Positions 9,874-20,300 of a DNA stretch of 64,000 nucleotides are shown in pieces; positions within the stretch are counted from its first letter, which is position 1; every line of letters begins with the position of its first letter. Made by a program: the position numbers and the translations under genes. The stretch spans positions 994 through 64,993 of IMG/VR virus record IMGVR_UViG_3300046513_000235; one strand, given 5' to 3'. A model generated the notes under the pieces. That model did not search any database, was not told where the DNA came from, and saw only the letters and a list, made by a program, of their open reading frames with translations. The stretch is from a virus. Lineage: Duplodnaviria; Caudoviricetes.

Positions 9874-10282
9874 GCTTATCCTCCTCCTTTAAAGCATCCA
9901 TGATGTCCATGGGGTCATGACCATCCGGTACATTCTTCAAGCGTCTGCGGTAGATGAATATGTCAAAGGTTTTCTTTCTCGTGAGGTAGGTCATTATGAG
10001 GAAAGATAGTGTGGTGCCCGTCATTGCAAACGTCCAGGCGTAAGTACTCATTGCAGCTCTGATGCCTATAGGGCCACCAGATAGTTCGATAACCTTCATA
10101 ACAAAGGCTACGGCCATCTTTATGGAATAAGACGTCAGGAAGATAAAAATGGCTATAACTAGCAAACTGGCTATCCCCGCTCTGTAACGTTCCAAGAAAT
10201 ACTTTCTATAAGCAATTAGAATATACAGTGCGCAGCTTAAGGAGATGGCATACTCTGCTGTCACTACATAATCCCTAATCAT
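9866..10282 (-). CDS. Membrane protein, lysis cassette
   Basis: Three hydrophobic segments. Confidence 0.6.
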   Translation of the reverse strand: MIRDYVVTAEYAISLSCALYILIAYRKYFLERYRAGIASLLVIAIFIFLTSYSIKMAVAFVMKVIELSGGPIGIRAAMSTYAWTFAMTGTTLSFLIMTYLTRKKTFDIFIYRRRLKNVPDGHDPMDIMDALKEEDKHE

Positions 10283-10283
10283 G

Positions 10284-10469
10284 TTACTTCCCCCTATCGT
10301 ATATCAACTTCTTCGCAATGTGGTTTCTCTCTATCTCATCCTTTAGTACTTGCTCCAAAGAATGGTACCGTTGAATTGCGTAGGTGACTCTCTCTGTAGT
10401 TTCCTGCGTTTTTTCTGCTGCCTGCTTGTGTGCGGGAAGGCGATTCAGTAACTCGCGCAGACTTAGCAT
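10284..10469 (-). CDS. Small protein, lysis cassette
   Basis: Closely coupled ORF in the operon. Confidence 0.55.
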   Translation of the reverse strand: MLSLRELLNRLPAHKQAAEKTQETTERVTYAIQRYHSLEQVLKDEIERNHIAKKLIYDRGK

Positions 10470-10471
10470 AG

Positions 10472-10759
10472 TTACTCACCCCCGTCCTCAGGGCTTTGTT
10501 CTACCTTCTTAATTCGCCGTACGAAGGTTAGAATTTCTTGTAAAGCTCCTGTTTCCTGGTTTTCCAGGATCTGCATTAGTCTTTCCGTATTGGCCTCTGA
10601 CTTTTGATAAACATCGCGAGTAACTAGGTCCCCCTTAAGTATTTTACGTCCTAGATAAGCTAAGACGAAAATACATAATACCAAAGCTACTTGTGTAACA
10701 CCATACTTTTCCAGAAAATCCAACATCTGACCCAAGGAAGTTAATTCCTCACTAGACAC
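10472..10759 (-). CDS. Holin-like single-TM protein
   Basis: One TM helix plus coiled C-terminus. Confidence 0.55.
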   Translation of the reverse strand: MSSEELTSLGQMLDFLEKYGVTQVALVLCIFVLAYLGRKILKGDLVTRDVYQKSEANTERLMQILENQETGALQEILTFVRRIKKVEQSPEDGGE

Positions 10760-10838
10760 GTCCTCACCCCTTTAACATACGAGCATAGGTATAAAGCGGA
10801 TCCACTCTCAGGGAGTGGATCCAACACCTTGCACTACC

Positions 10839-10973
10839 TTACACGCCTTCTGTTAGGAATTCCAAGCCGCTATCTACGAGGATTTCTTTAACTCCGGCTT
10901 TCAGTGTGGACGGTACCTCACTGTACTTGGTTTTACCAAGAATTACGCGTTGCGCAAAGAACATTGCCATCAT
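10839..10973 (-). CDS. CD1375/XkdX-like small protein
   Basis: MMAMFFAQRVILGKTKYSEVP..LKAGVKEIL; follows tail fibre chaperone. Confidence 0.7.
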   Translation of the reverse strand: MMAMFFAQRVILGKTKYSEVPSTLKAGVKEILVDSGLEFLTEGV

Positions 10974-11020
10974 TTCATCACCCCCTTTCCATTTTGACAT
11001 GAACCAGTACAGAAGGGTGA

Positions 11021-11365
11021 TCATGCGTAAATCTGCATCGCCATTTCAGCAATGACATCCTCAATAAAATCCGCACGTTCTGATAAGGCCACGTTTTGTG
11101 CCTTAAGCAATAGATTAGCCTGCTCCAGCGTTGCAATACGGGAGCTCTCTGATTCAGGGATGGCCCTGTAGTCATAGTATAAGAAATGCTCTCTTATATT
11201 GATCATGAGAAAAGGCAGGGTTCCTGCTGGTGGTTCGGGTTGTGGCATATCAGCTGCCGCAAATTCCTCCACCAGCACACCCGTAAAGTCAAAACCCTCG
11301 ATACTGTCATAGATGGCTGTAACAGGACCTATGACGGCGTCATACAAGGTATATTGGACATGCAT
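11021..11365 (-). CDS. Tail fibre assembly/chaperone-like protein
   Basis: Position after fibre; C-terminal coiled coil. Confidence 0.6.
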   Translation of the reverse strand: MHVQYTLYDAVIGPVTAIYDSIEGFDFTGVLVEEFAAADMPQPEPPAGTLPFLMINIREHFLYYDYRAIPESESSRIATLEQANLLLKAQNVALSERADFIEDVIAEMAMQIYA

Positions 11366-11382
11366 AGCTCAAACCTCCTTTA

Positions 11383-12744
11383 TTAGCCTGCCGTAATAAT
11401 GTCTCCGGACACCTCCATGTAAATATAACCACCGGTTGAAGGCCAATCTGCCGAAACAGAGAAGTAAAAAATGATCTGCCCGTTACAGTTAAAACCTGCA
11501 GGTATCGCACCCCCAGCTCCGATAGCTGTCAGACCAGGAGCCCAGCCACCCCAAGTCGTATCATAGCCCACACCAGAAACTTTTGTAATTATGGTGCGGG
11601 CAGCTTTATCCAAGAGAAAGCCAGAATATAGCCAGTCACTGCTACCTATATTAGTTATCGAACGGCCGGTGAGTATGACCTGCATTCCGTTACTATCCTG
11701 CATATAAAAATTCCCGGTAGAAGTGGCCCCATTTATACCCTGAACATGGAAATGCAGGAAAGCCATCATAATGGCATAGCTGCCCCCGGCAGGTATGCGA
11801 AACAGTTCATAGATACCGCTAACGGGTGTACCGGCGGGCGGGGTGGCTACGTTAACTACGACACGACTGCCCGGCAGTAATGACCCCGTAATACCGCCAT
11901 TGAATAGAGAAACACCGCTGCGAAGGTTTCCTGGCTGTAAATTTGGTTCGGAGTAGCGAATCCAGTTTATACCACTGTGATAACTGTTAGCAGCAATACC
12001 CAAGTAAGCAACCCCAGCACCCGCTGAGGCATTAGTCGCGGCTAACTGATCACCAGCATCTGGGGTTTTGACAGGAATTGCACCAGTAAGCCCAAGCGTA
12101 GTTTTAGTAGCCAAGAAATTGGCAGGAATGAAATCTGCATCATCGACAAAAACACCAAAATGATTACCACCCTGATCTGCTGTAGCATCCACATAACCAC
12201 CTAGTGGAGCATAAAGGTGTACTCTACCGGGACTAGAAGCTGCCAATTGAGCACGCTCATAGCCCGCAAACTCAGAACCTGTTCTACGGACCATACTACC
12301 GGCGATAAGACCACTATCTGTACCAAGGCTGTAACCAGCCAATACTTGTGCGGATGTCGCTGTTCCATACTCACCTCCTTCACCCTGTGCAATAAAAGCC
12401 GTTCCGTTGTAAACAAAGGTATATACACTACCAACCTTTAAAGCATTAGCAGTGAAGGCCGATCCATTAGCCTTGAGCAAAGCTTTAGCACCCAGCCCAT
12501 TTACATTCAATGTAGGCGCCCCAGAGTTAGTAGTCGTCCACAGAATGGTGATCTTCAGACTAGCTACATAGGCAGTAGGTGTAGGATCCATATTAACGGC
12601 GAATACCGTACCTGATCCTGTAACCGTACCCCAACCTCCAGTGTAAACGGCTAGCTGGGCTTCATTACTTTCTATCCGATTGAGATCGGATGTGGTAACC
12701 GGGTCACTTACGGCCCATTCCGTTTTGGGAGTTGTGAAAGCCAT
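11383..12744 (-). CDS. Tail fibre / receptor-binding protein
   Basis: TPKTEW..DLNRIESN N-terminus, TLNVNGLGAK motif, Gly-rich. Confidence 0.8.
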   Translation of the reverse strand: MAFTTPKTEWAVSDPVTTSDLNRIESNEAQLAVYTGGWGTVTGSGTVFAVNMDPTPTAYVASLKITILWTTTNSGAPTLNVNGLGAKALLKANGSAFTANALKVGSVYTFVYNGTAFIAQGEGGEYGTATSAQVLAGYSLGTDSGLIAGSMVRRTGSEFAGYERAQLAASSPGRVHLYAPLGGYVDATADQGGNHFGVFVDDADFIPANFLATKTTLGLTGAIPVKTPDAGDQLAATNASAGAGVAYLGIAANSYHSGINWIRYSEPNLQPGNLRSGVSLFNGGITGSLLPGSRVVVNVATPPAGTPVSGIYELFRIPAGGSYAIMMAFLHFHVQGINGATSTGNFYMQDSNGMQVILTGRSITNIGSSDWLYSGFLLDKAARTIITKVSGVGYDTTWGGWAPGLTAIGAGGAIPAGFNCNGQIIFYFSVSADWPSTGGYIYMEVSGDIITAG

Positions 12745-12755
12745 TATAATTCCTC

Positions 12756-15700
12756 CTATATTAAAAATTTGCCTTCTGTACTACCCGACAGAGCACCGTC
12801 CCAAGTTATATCTTGTCTGGTAACGGCATAGGTGGAAAGTTCTCCATTTTCCATTACCTCGATACGATCTCCTAGGCGAACGGCTACATTACCCCGATCA
12901 GACATTACAATATCCTGCCGGCCTTCTTTATAAGCGGCCAGGATGCGGTCTGCCAATGACTGGGCTTGTTCCCGCGTCTGGATGAATTCATGATCTACGG
13001 TGACCTGCATCCGCCCATTATCCTTAATGGACAAAGCATCTTCTGCGGTAACACTCAATTGTTCACCTTTCTGCAAGGCAATACCGTTAAAGATGATCTT
13101 CGTAACAGCAGCGGATGACCCTGCGGTGTTCTGTAACACAATACTACTTCCCCAGGCATAGTCAGCTCTTGACAGAATTGCTATTCCAGCATCAGCCGTG
13201 AGTTCTGTCGAGGTAACGGTGACTACTGGTGTTTGCGAGAAGGTGATATCCAGTACCAGGGTATTGCCTGCCAGGATTGTTACTGGTGTGGTATACTCGT
13301 GAAGGACTTGTATGTCATCCAAAGTAACTGTGTATCCCGTATAATTAACCGAAATACTATTGACTTGTTCTCCGACAGCCAGGGGGTGTTTTGTGCTGAA
13401 GATATTGGTATCCTCATCATAACGGGCCATTACAGTAGGTGTAGCATCCAAATCCCAATTTACACGGACCTTCCCCTCCTTTGTACAATAAACCTGAATA
13501 ACATCACAACCTGCCAGGTGTTGCAAAGCATCACGGAACTTTGTGCGCTCGTACCAGGTGTGGGGTATTGTCAGCGAAGCTAGGGTGTTATCGATCTCGA
13601 AATCATCTTCGGTCAAACCAGCAGCCATAAACAGATCGTAGAAAGCCTGGTACATATTTACGTTGGATTGCACTACGCTGGTATTATATTCTACCTGCCG
13701 CAGTAGCTCGAGGCGATCTCGTCCAACAACTGTTGCACTTAAAGCGCTGTTGGCTACATCCCACGATACGGACCAATAGGTGCCCATTAGGGTCCACTCA
13801 AGCACAGTATCCACATAAGCACCAAACCATACCCTGATACGTCTGTTGCGCTTTACGAAGCCATACAACGGTGAAAGTTTGTTGGTGGGATCAAAGCGTC
13901 TGTCCTGGTTGTCCAGGATGATATCCACTTCATTGGCGGAGATATTGCCGATAGGTAAGGACCCATTAGCGTATCCGATTTCATCAATCAGGTGGATACT
14001 TTCGATGTTATCCGCTTCATATACCTGGACTATCATTGTGAACATCTCAGCCAGTTTAGCTACGGCATTAGGTTCACTGATCTTGTATATGGTAAGTGTA
14101 ACACCCGCAGCAAGAGGAATAGGTGTAATGGCTCTTTGCCAATGTACCTCCGTATTATCGGTAACTACTTCGGTATGCATCGGTGTCCCTTCCGCATCAA
14201 CTACGGAATAATCGAAGTCTACAGGAAATTCCAATAACGCTGAATCGCCTGAAATACGCAGGCTCGCTACAGTACGAAGGGAAAAGTTAAGGGTGACTAC
14301 TACTGGCGTAGCAAATGCGCCTTCACTGTCTGATAGCTGTGTACCCCACCAACCATAAGGGTCAGCCGCATCTCGAGGATGGTAGCTACCATCTAGTAGG
14401 TTTCTGTGCATGGACATTGTTTTGTATGGTGTATCTATTATGTTATTGTACAGGGCTGTTTCACCGGTACCTGGCTCTGAGGTAGTTATGTGTAGTGTTT
14501 CATCGGCAAAAGGATCTGTATAGGTAATCTCCACGCGGCCTAGTATATAACGCTGGTCGGCCGTCATGCTGTTGTAGATATTAAATAGCTGCTTTTGCTC
14601 TCCCAATGCAACCACGAGGTTCTCAGGTTGATTCAGGTAAGCTGTAAAGATTTCCGCTTCAATGTTACCACGTGGGATAATACTATCACCACGATTCAAC
14701 TGTGTGGTTATATCCTTGTGATCCACTACGGTAGGTAGGAACGTATCTGTGCGTGTAAAGGAATTAGTAAGGGCACTAGTGACGTTTCCTTTTATAATTC
14801 CTGTATCTGTGGCATAACGTTCGACGTATGGTAGCAAAGACCAGTCAAGTGTCTTAGCCAGTAATGAATCCCCTGTAGCTATTAGGTTGCTAACGGCTGA
14901 GGCACCCATCAAAAGTGCTTGTAGGCTATCTGGCCTAGCTAAAGACACCATCTGCTCGGTGTCTTCTTCTATGATAGGATTTAGGGTGTCCTCCCTGGTC
15001 ATAATGAAAGCATCGGCCATAAACTGCAACTTCATAGTCATACCCGGAGCGGACAGCTTTTGGATGTTCACTACGATATGTGATACGGACAAAGAGCTGG
15101 GGTAAACCACCAACTGCCTGCTATCGGTACTTCCTGTTACGCTGTAGGTGTGTAACACCTCTCCGTGATTGTAGGTTATGATCTCTACATCGGTGGGGTA
15201 ATGTCCTAGGCCAGGATCTCCGATCACGCAAAAGGCATTCATTGTACGTGGGGTACCGAATGGTGAAACTGGCAAAGCCGGCAATGTTCCCATAAAGGCC
15301 TCATAAAGAAGTGGATTACCTTCTGACGCAAGCATCAGCGCTGTACGTGTTAACACCATCGGACGACGTACACGGAAGAACTCTGAGGTTGTCCCCGAAA
15401 CACTTCTAATGGTAACCACAATGGTAGCTGTCTGCGCGGTAGGTGTAAAGGAACAAACTACACGACCCCAGCCGTCAGTAGGCATACTCCCCGTGAATGG
15501 GATAGCTGCTCCGATCGTCGTGCCTGTGGATGTTCTACGTTGGATAGTAATGGAATACCCAGGAGTGCCATCCTCAGACCGAAGATCAACACTGAAGACA
15601 ACTGCGGCAGCCGTGCTACTTACCTGCATAAGGGGGGATACCATAGCAAGGGCATCAAAGCCTAGTACAGTAGCAGCCCCTGAACCGTCCGTATCTAGTG

Positions 15701-15977
15701 TAGCCGTACCTGAACTAAGAGTCCAGTTAGGCAAATCACCACAACGATTGTTGGACGTGTATTGTACTTGTACCTGGCCATCTACCGGAACCCCAGTGGA
15801 ACTATCAGTGGGCGTGCCACCCCACCACCCCGGATAACCACTGTCAGGCATAGGAGTGAAGGTGCCATCAAGCTCGTTATACTCCAGCGTGAAAAGCTTA
15901 TTTGCCGATGTTGGATACTCCGTAATCTTGGACATGTCCGAAGCGGCATTCTTATCTGGTACTACATAAATAGCCAT
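12756..15977 (-). CDS. Large tail/baseplate hub protein
   Basis: 1073 aa after tape measure; repeated GWWG segments, jelly-roll-like region, hub-like C-terminus. Confidence 0.75.
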   Translation of the reverse strand: MAIYVVPDKNAASDMSKITEYPTSANKLFTLEYNELDGTFTPMPDSGYPGWWGGTPTDSSTGVPVDGQVQVQYTSNNRCGDLPNWTLSSGTATLDTDGSGAATVLGFDALAMVSPLMQVSSTAAAVVFSVDLRSEDGTPGYSITIQRRTSTGTTIGAAIPFTGSMPTDGWGRVVCSFTPTAQTATIVVTIRSVSGTTSEFFRVRRPMVLTRTALMLASEGNPLLYEAFMGTLPALPVSPFGTPRTMNAFCVIGDPGLGHYPTDVEIITYNHGEVLHTYSVTGSTDSRQLVVYPSSLSVSHIVVNIQKLSAPGMTMKLQFMADAFIMTREDTLNPIIEEDTEQMVSLARPDSLQALLMGASAVSNLIATGDSLLAKTLDWSLLPYVERYATDTGIIKGNVTSALTNSFTRTDTFLPTVVDHKDITTQLNRGDSIIPRGNIEAEIFTAYLNQPENLVVALGEQKQLFNIYNSMTADQRYILGRVEITYTDPFADETLHITTSEPGTGETALYNNIIDTPYKTMSMHRNLLDGSYHPRDAADPYGWWGTQLSDSEGAFATPVVVTLNFSLRTVASLRISGDSALLEFPVDFDYSVVDAEGTPMHTEVVTDNTEVHWQRAITPIPLAAGVTLTIYKISEPNAVAKLAEMFTMIVQVYEADNIESIHLIDEIGYANGSLPIGNISANEVDIILDNQDRRFDPTNKLSPLYGFVKRNRRIRVWFGAYVDTVLEWTLMGTYWSVSWDVANSALSATVVGRDRLELLRQVEYNTSVVQSNVNMYQAFYDLFMAAGLTEDDFEIDNTLASLTIPHTWYERTKFRDALQHLAGCDVIQVYCTKEGKVRVNWDLDATPTVMARYDEDTNIFSTKHPLAVGEQVNSISVNYTGYTVTLDDIQVLHEYTTPVTILAGNTLVLDITFSQTPVVTVTSTELTADAGIAILSRADYAWGSSIVLQNTAGSSAAVTKIIFNGIALQKGEQLSVTAEDALSIKDNGRMQVTVDHEFIQTREQAQSLADRILAAYKEGRQDIVMSDRGNVAVRLGDRIEVMENGELSTYAVTRQDITWDGALSGSTEGKFLI

Positions 15978-15991
15978 GAGGCACCTCCTTT

Positions 15992-16375
15992 TTAGGATCC
16001 GATATTAACTGTTAAGGTAACCTTCATGACCCAGGTTTGGCCGGCAAGTTTAGTACCATTGTACTCTACCATACGATTAACCATAACACCACCACTGGCT
16101 GCATTAAATACTCCCCATTCGTTCCAGGCAAAGTTAGCTTCCGTGGTGCCGTAGGTCGACTGCAGTGTAATCACATTTGCGGCTATCGTAGGATAACTAG
16201 TATCCATGCCCTTGCGCAGCTTTTCCGTGGTTGCCTGCAGATCCGTTTGCCCTACAGCAAAGGCAGTAGTATTGTCCCCTACGCCAATTCGTGCGGTAGC
16301 ATTATCCAGCTGGGCTGCGGAAGTTTGGATCATACGCGAAGCCATAAAATCTCTTCCGGCATTTGTTAAAGGCAT
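15992..16375 (-). CDS. Minor tail protein (paralog A)
   Basis: MPLT..GVGD..EANFAWNEWG..K..GQTWV. Confidence 0.7.
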   Translation of the reverse strand: MPLTNAGRDFMASRMIQTSAAQLDNATARIGVGDNTTAFAVGQTDLQATTEKLRKGMDTSYPTIAANVITLQSTYGTTEANFAWNEWGVFNAASGGVMVNRMVEYNGTKLAGQTWVMKVTLTVNIGS

Positions 16376-16392
16376 CTCTTATTCCTCCTCAA

Positions 16393-16788
16393 TTAGGTTC
16401 CTGCAGCTGCTGTGATAGTTACTCTAAGTACCCAGGTTTGTCCTGCCTGCTTAGTTCCCTGATCTTCTACTTTACGGACAATCATACGTGTAGGATCAGT
16501 TATCGAAGTAAGTCCCCATTCTTTCCAATGGAAATTAGCTTCGGTAGGATCAAACGTAGTTTGGTAGGTAGTAACCAACCATCCCCCAGGAGCGGTAGGA
16601 TACCCGGCATCCAAAGACTTGGCTTCAGGTGCAGCAGTACCACCCACACCCATAAGATCGTTAGCAACAGATTCAGCTGCAGTGCCATCACCTACGACAA
16701 GAAGAGCATTGGCATGACTTAACTGAGCATCAACAGCTCCGACAGCCCCTAACCATAGAGCAGCTGCGCCCCAAGTTGTTAACGGCAT
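16393..16788 (-). CDS. Minor tail protein (paralog B)
   Basis: MPLT..VGDG..EANFHWKEWG..K..GQTWV. Confidence 0.7.
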   Translation of the reverse strand: MPLTTWGAAALWLGAVGAVDAQLSHANALLVVGDGTAAESVANDLMGVGGTAAPEAKSLDAGYPTAPGGWLVTTYQTTFDPTEANFHWKEWGLTSITDPTRMIVRKVEDQGTKQAGQTWVLRVTITAAAGT

Positions 16789-16967
16789 TATGCTTCCTCC
16801 TTTGCCTCTTGAACTTGCCGCAATATATCCAAGGCAGCCTGTCCTGTATATGTGCGTGCCTGCTCAACGACTTCGTAAGGTTCATCTACGGCAGGATCAG
16901 CCCCTTCCGCATACTTAAGTATACGGCTTACTGCTGTTACCTGTATTTGTGCCTGCTCGTTAGCCAT
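16788..16967 (-). CDS. Small tail-region protein
   Basis: AGGAGG RBS before MANEQ. Confidence 0.6.
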   Translation of the reverse strand: MANEQAQIQVTAVSRILKYAEGADPAVDEPYEVVEQARTYTGQAALDILRQVQEAKEEA

Positions 16968-16978
16968 GCTAATGCCTC

Positions 16979-17329
16979 CTATTGTTCGATTAGTGCAAAA
17001 CTGATATCCTTCCAATAGTAACCACTGATACTACGACTCTTAGTAGCCTTGATAGCCCCTCCGTATACTATAGCGGTCTTCTGATTACCATTCTCATCGT
17101 ACTGGAAGGAAAAGAAACCTTTAGTACCATCCACGATAGCTGATATACGGTCAAAATCAGCTCCAGACATGATGGGGTACTCAAAGTTAAACTTCTTCTT
17201 CTTAGCGATGATTTCCAAAGTCATCTTACCAGTAGCTACACGACCACTTTTGGTAAGATTGTACTTTTCAATGGAAAGCCCAGCAGGGGGTTCCTTAACC
17301 GCCACACCGTCAATAATACAAATAGCCAT
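16979..17329 (-). CDS. Distal tail (Dit-like) protein
   Basis: Immediately after tape measure; ends W..ISFALIEQ. Confidence 0.65.
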   Translation of the reverse strand: MAICIIDGVAVKEPPAGLSIEKYNLTKSGRVATGKMTLEIIAKKKKFNFEYPIMSGADFDRISAIVDGTKGFFSFQYDENGNQKTAIVYGGAIKATKSRSISGYYWKDISFALIEQ

Positions 17330-20300
17330 TAGGAAATCCCCTTTCTGGCGTTCTCAGATATGCCGACACGCTCCAGTTGTCTGTGTAACTCCTTGAGACC
17401 TCTATCATCTGCCACGAGTACGCCGACATTGATATTCACGGTGCTGCCCCCAGAAGGATTACCTCCTGATGTAACCTGCTGAGGACCTAGCATGTCTGCT
17501 AAGTCATTCGCAACGGCGTTACTGAACGGACGCATGAAGCCTTCGTTCTCCATCGGGATAACGGCTTCTCGACGGTTTTTCTCCCCTACCTTGATGAATT
17601 GCTCCTGGTCTACTACGCCCCCACGTTCGAGGGCCAGTGCGCCGAGCAACACAGGTGCGCCTAAGCCACCTGTTCCTGTAGCTAGGATTACACCACCAAT
17701 AACAGCAGCTGTAACCGCAGCCCCGATCAATACTTCTTTATGATCTCCGGCCCAAGTCTTTGCACCATTGTAACCGTTGGTGACCGTGGTGTTGACCTCA
17801 TCCATACCACCCACAATCATCTCACCAGTAGCCTTAGCCACGTTCTTAATGGCGGTCCAAGCACTAGTAGCCCACTGCGACAGAGTAGTCAACATACTAG
17901 AAGCCCAAGACACAGTAGCTTCGGCAATACCACTGAGATAGCTTTGCGTGGTCTGCCAGGAAGCATCGGCCCAACCATTCGTAATGTCCTGAATAGCATT
18001 ACCTAACTGGGCAAAAGAAAGACTCACACCGTTAGCCCAAGTAGCCGTGTCACCGGAGGTACCCCGTAGAAAGGCCGTCCAGGTAGATCCAGCCATGTTG
18101 GATACAGTGTTAAACATGTTAATAACACTGTTACCCCAGGTAGCAAAGTTACCACCCACATTGGTAGCCCAATCATAAACATCACTGGAAGTGGCGGTGA
18201 TCCACTTAGATAATGTAGAATCGGTTTTATCCGCCCAGCCGGACATAGTTTCTTGCACAGCATCCGACCACAAGGAGAAGTTAGTAGCCACATTCTCCTT
18301 CCACGTGCTAAACAAGGTTTGCACTTTCGTACTCCAAGTACTAAACTTTGTCTGTGAATCGGTTGACCAAAGACCCAAACCACCGAGAACAGCTGTGGCC
18401 CATGCTCCGAAAGTATTTTGGATGTTGGTAGACCAGGTATCCAGAGTGGTTCCGACATTGGTTGCCCATGTAGTGAATTGGGCTTCGGCTTTCATACGCC
18501 AATCCGTTAGGGAAGTGATGGCATTAACCGACCAAGTGGTTAAGCTAGTTTGTATCTTAGAAGCCCAAGTAGTTACTGTGGTTTGAACATTCTGCGACCA
18601 AGTAGCAAACGCACTATTCACATCTGCAAACCATTTGTTGAAGACGCCCAATGCGGCCGCCGCAAAGGTACTAATACTAACCACACCTGGTACGCTGAAC
18701 CCTGCCGTCAGGCTGTCTAGGGCATTCTTAGCAAAGGCCGCAAGGGACCCTACTGCATTAATTGCCCATCCATCAATAGCACCCTGAACACCACCCAACG
18801 CATCGTTGAACAATGACCCGAAATTGGAAGCCCATTCTTTAATAGGCTCTATTCCCAGAGTAGGGAAGGACTTCAACGATTCCAGAAAAGCCGCAACCGC
18901 AGCTCCAATACTTTCAATAATAGGAATAGCTGGATTCATCAGATTTCCTAGGTTGGTTGCAAAGTCTCCTAGACCCTCTAGAACGGCACTACCTAATCCC
19001 TCGAAGGAAAGCTTTAGGTTAGCCAGCAAGCTATTGATAGTAGCTAACGGCTCCGTAACTACAGCAAAGTTAGGAGGTGGTAGTTTAGGCCATTCAAAGT
19101 CAGTGAACCATTTCTTCATATTCGCAAAGATAGGAGGCATCTTCCAGTCATCCCAGAAATGCGAAAAGTCAGCAGGTTCAACGGGCTCAGGTTTTGTTAT
19201 GACGGGTGTGTCAATGTGATCTAAACCCAAATCCATATCCACACCTGGATCCAGGTCATCCAAACCAGAAGCCACATCATCCAATGTATCCGGAATCTGG
19301 TAAAGCTCATCAAAAGAAGCAACGAACTTATCCTTGACTTTCTTACCAGCCTTCGTCGCAGCATCCCCATCTTTGGTAATGTTCTTACCCGTATCTTTAA
19401 GAGAATCATTAAGGCCGTCAATCATCTCATTGAACTGGTCAGCCTCATCTGCGGCATCTTTCAGATCCTCAACAGGAAGAATGCCACTCGTATCTCCCCC
19501 GAATAAACTACCTAAGGAAGACATCTTAGCCATTATCTTATCAATCCACGCAGAAGCAGCTTTACTAGTGGTGATCAGATAAATTAGGGCAGCTACGACA
19601 ATCATGATGGCAGCTACGATAGGATTTCGTGTGAGGACCAAGGTAAGACCCGTAATGGCATTCCGTAACGTAGTTACTGCGGCAGCCACGGCGGTACACA
19701 CAGCCCCCAGGCGTGTGATGCTCCATAAGAACATCAGAGCCTTGGCTGCTACCTGTGCTATGACTAAACCAGCTATGGCAGCTGTTAGGACCTTTAGCCA
19801 AGGCCAAGCCTCTAAAGCACCTGCAGCCAGCTTAGCAAAGGCAAGAATAACTCCAGCAACCATTGGCAGGATTTGTCCTAGACCGTCTACAATCATACGA
19901 CCCAACTGTCTAAAACCAGGACCTAATGCAGACCACACAATCTGCCCAGCTTTCGCTAAATCCCGGAAAGCAGCAATGATATTCCTAATGGTCTGTTGCA
20001 AAGCCTTCTCAGGTATCAGCGCTTCGAAGGCTCCACCTAAACCACCAGAAGTCATATTTTCCCGGAATTTATCTACCGTATCCCGCCAGCCCTTTAGGAA
20101 CTTTCTCAAGGAGTTCATAGGAGGCTCAAATAGCTTCTCGCTGATAAACAACGTATCGTCCTTGATAGTGTCCCACATACCGCCTAACGTATCAGCAATA
20201 CGGTCAGCCGCGCCCTGGTACTGGTCTTGCAATCCCTTCAGGACGGCCTGCACCCCAGTATCACCGCTAATACCCAACTTACCGATATTACGCATCTGGT

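Noticed and set aside
17900-18700. Periodic Trp repeats in the tape measure gene
   Set aside because: Normal tape measure helical repeats
13252-20222. AGTACCAGGG partial matches near 13252 (+) and 20221 (-)
   Set aside because: Lack the CG start, the extended G/T tract and the hairpin; not counted as element copies
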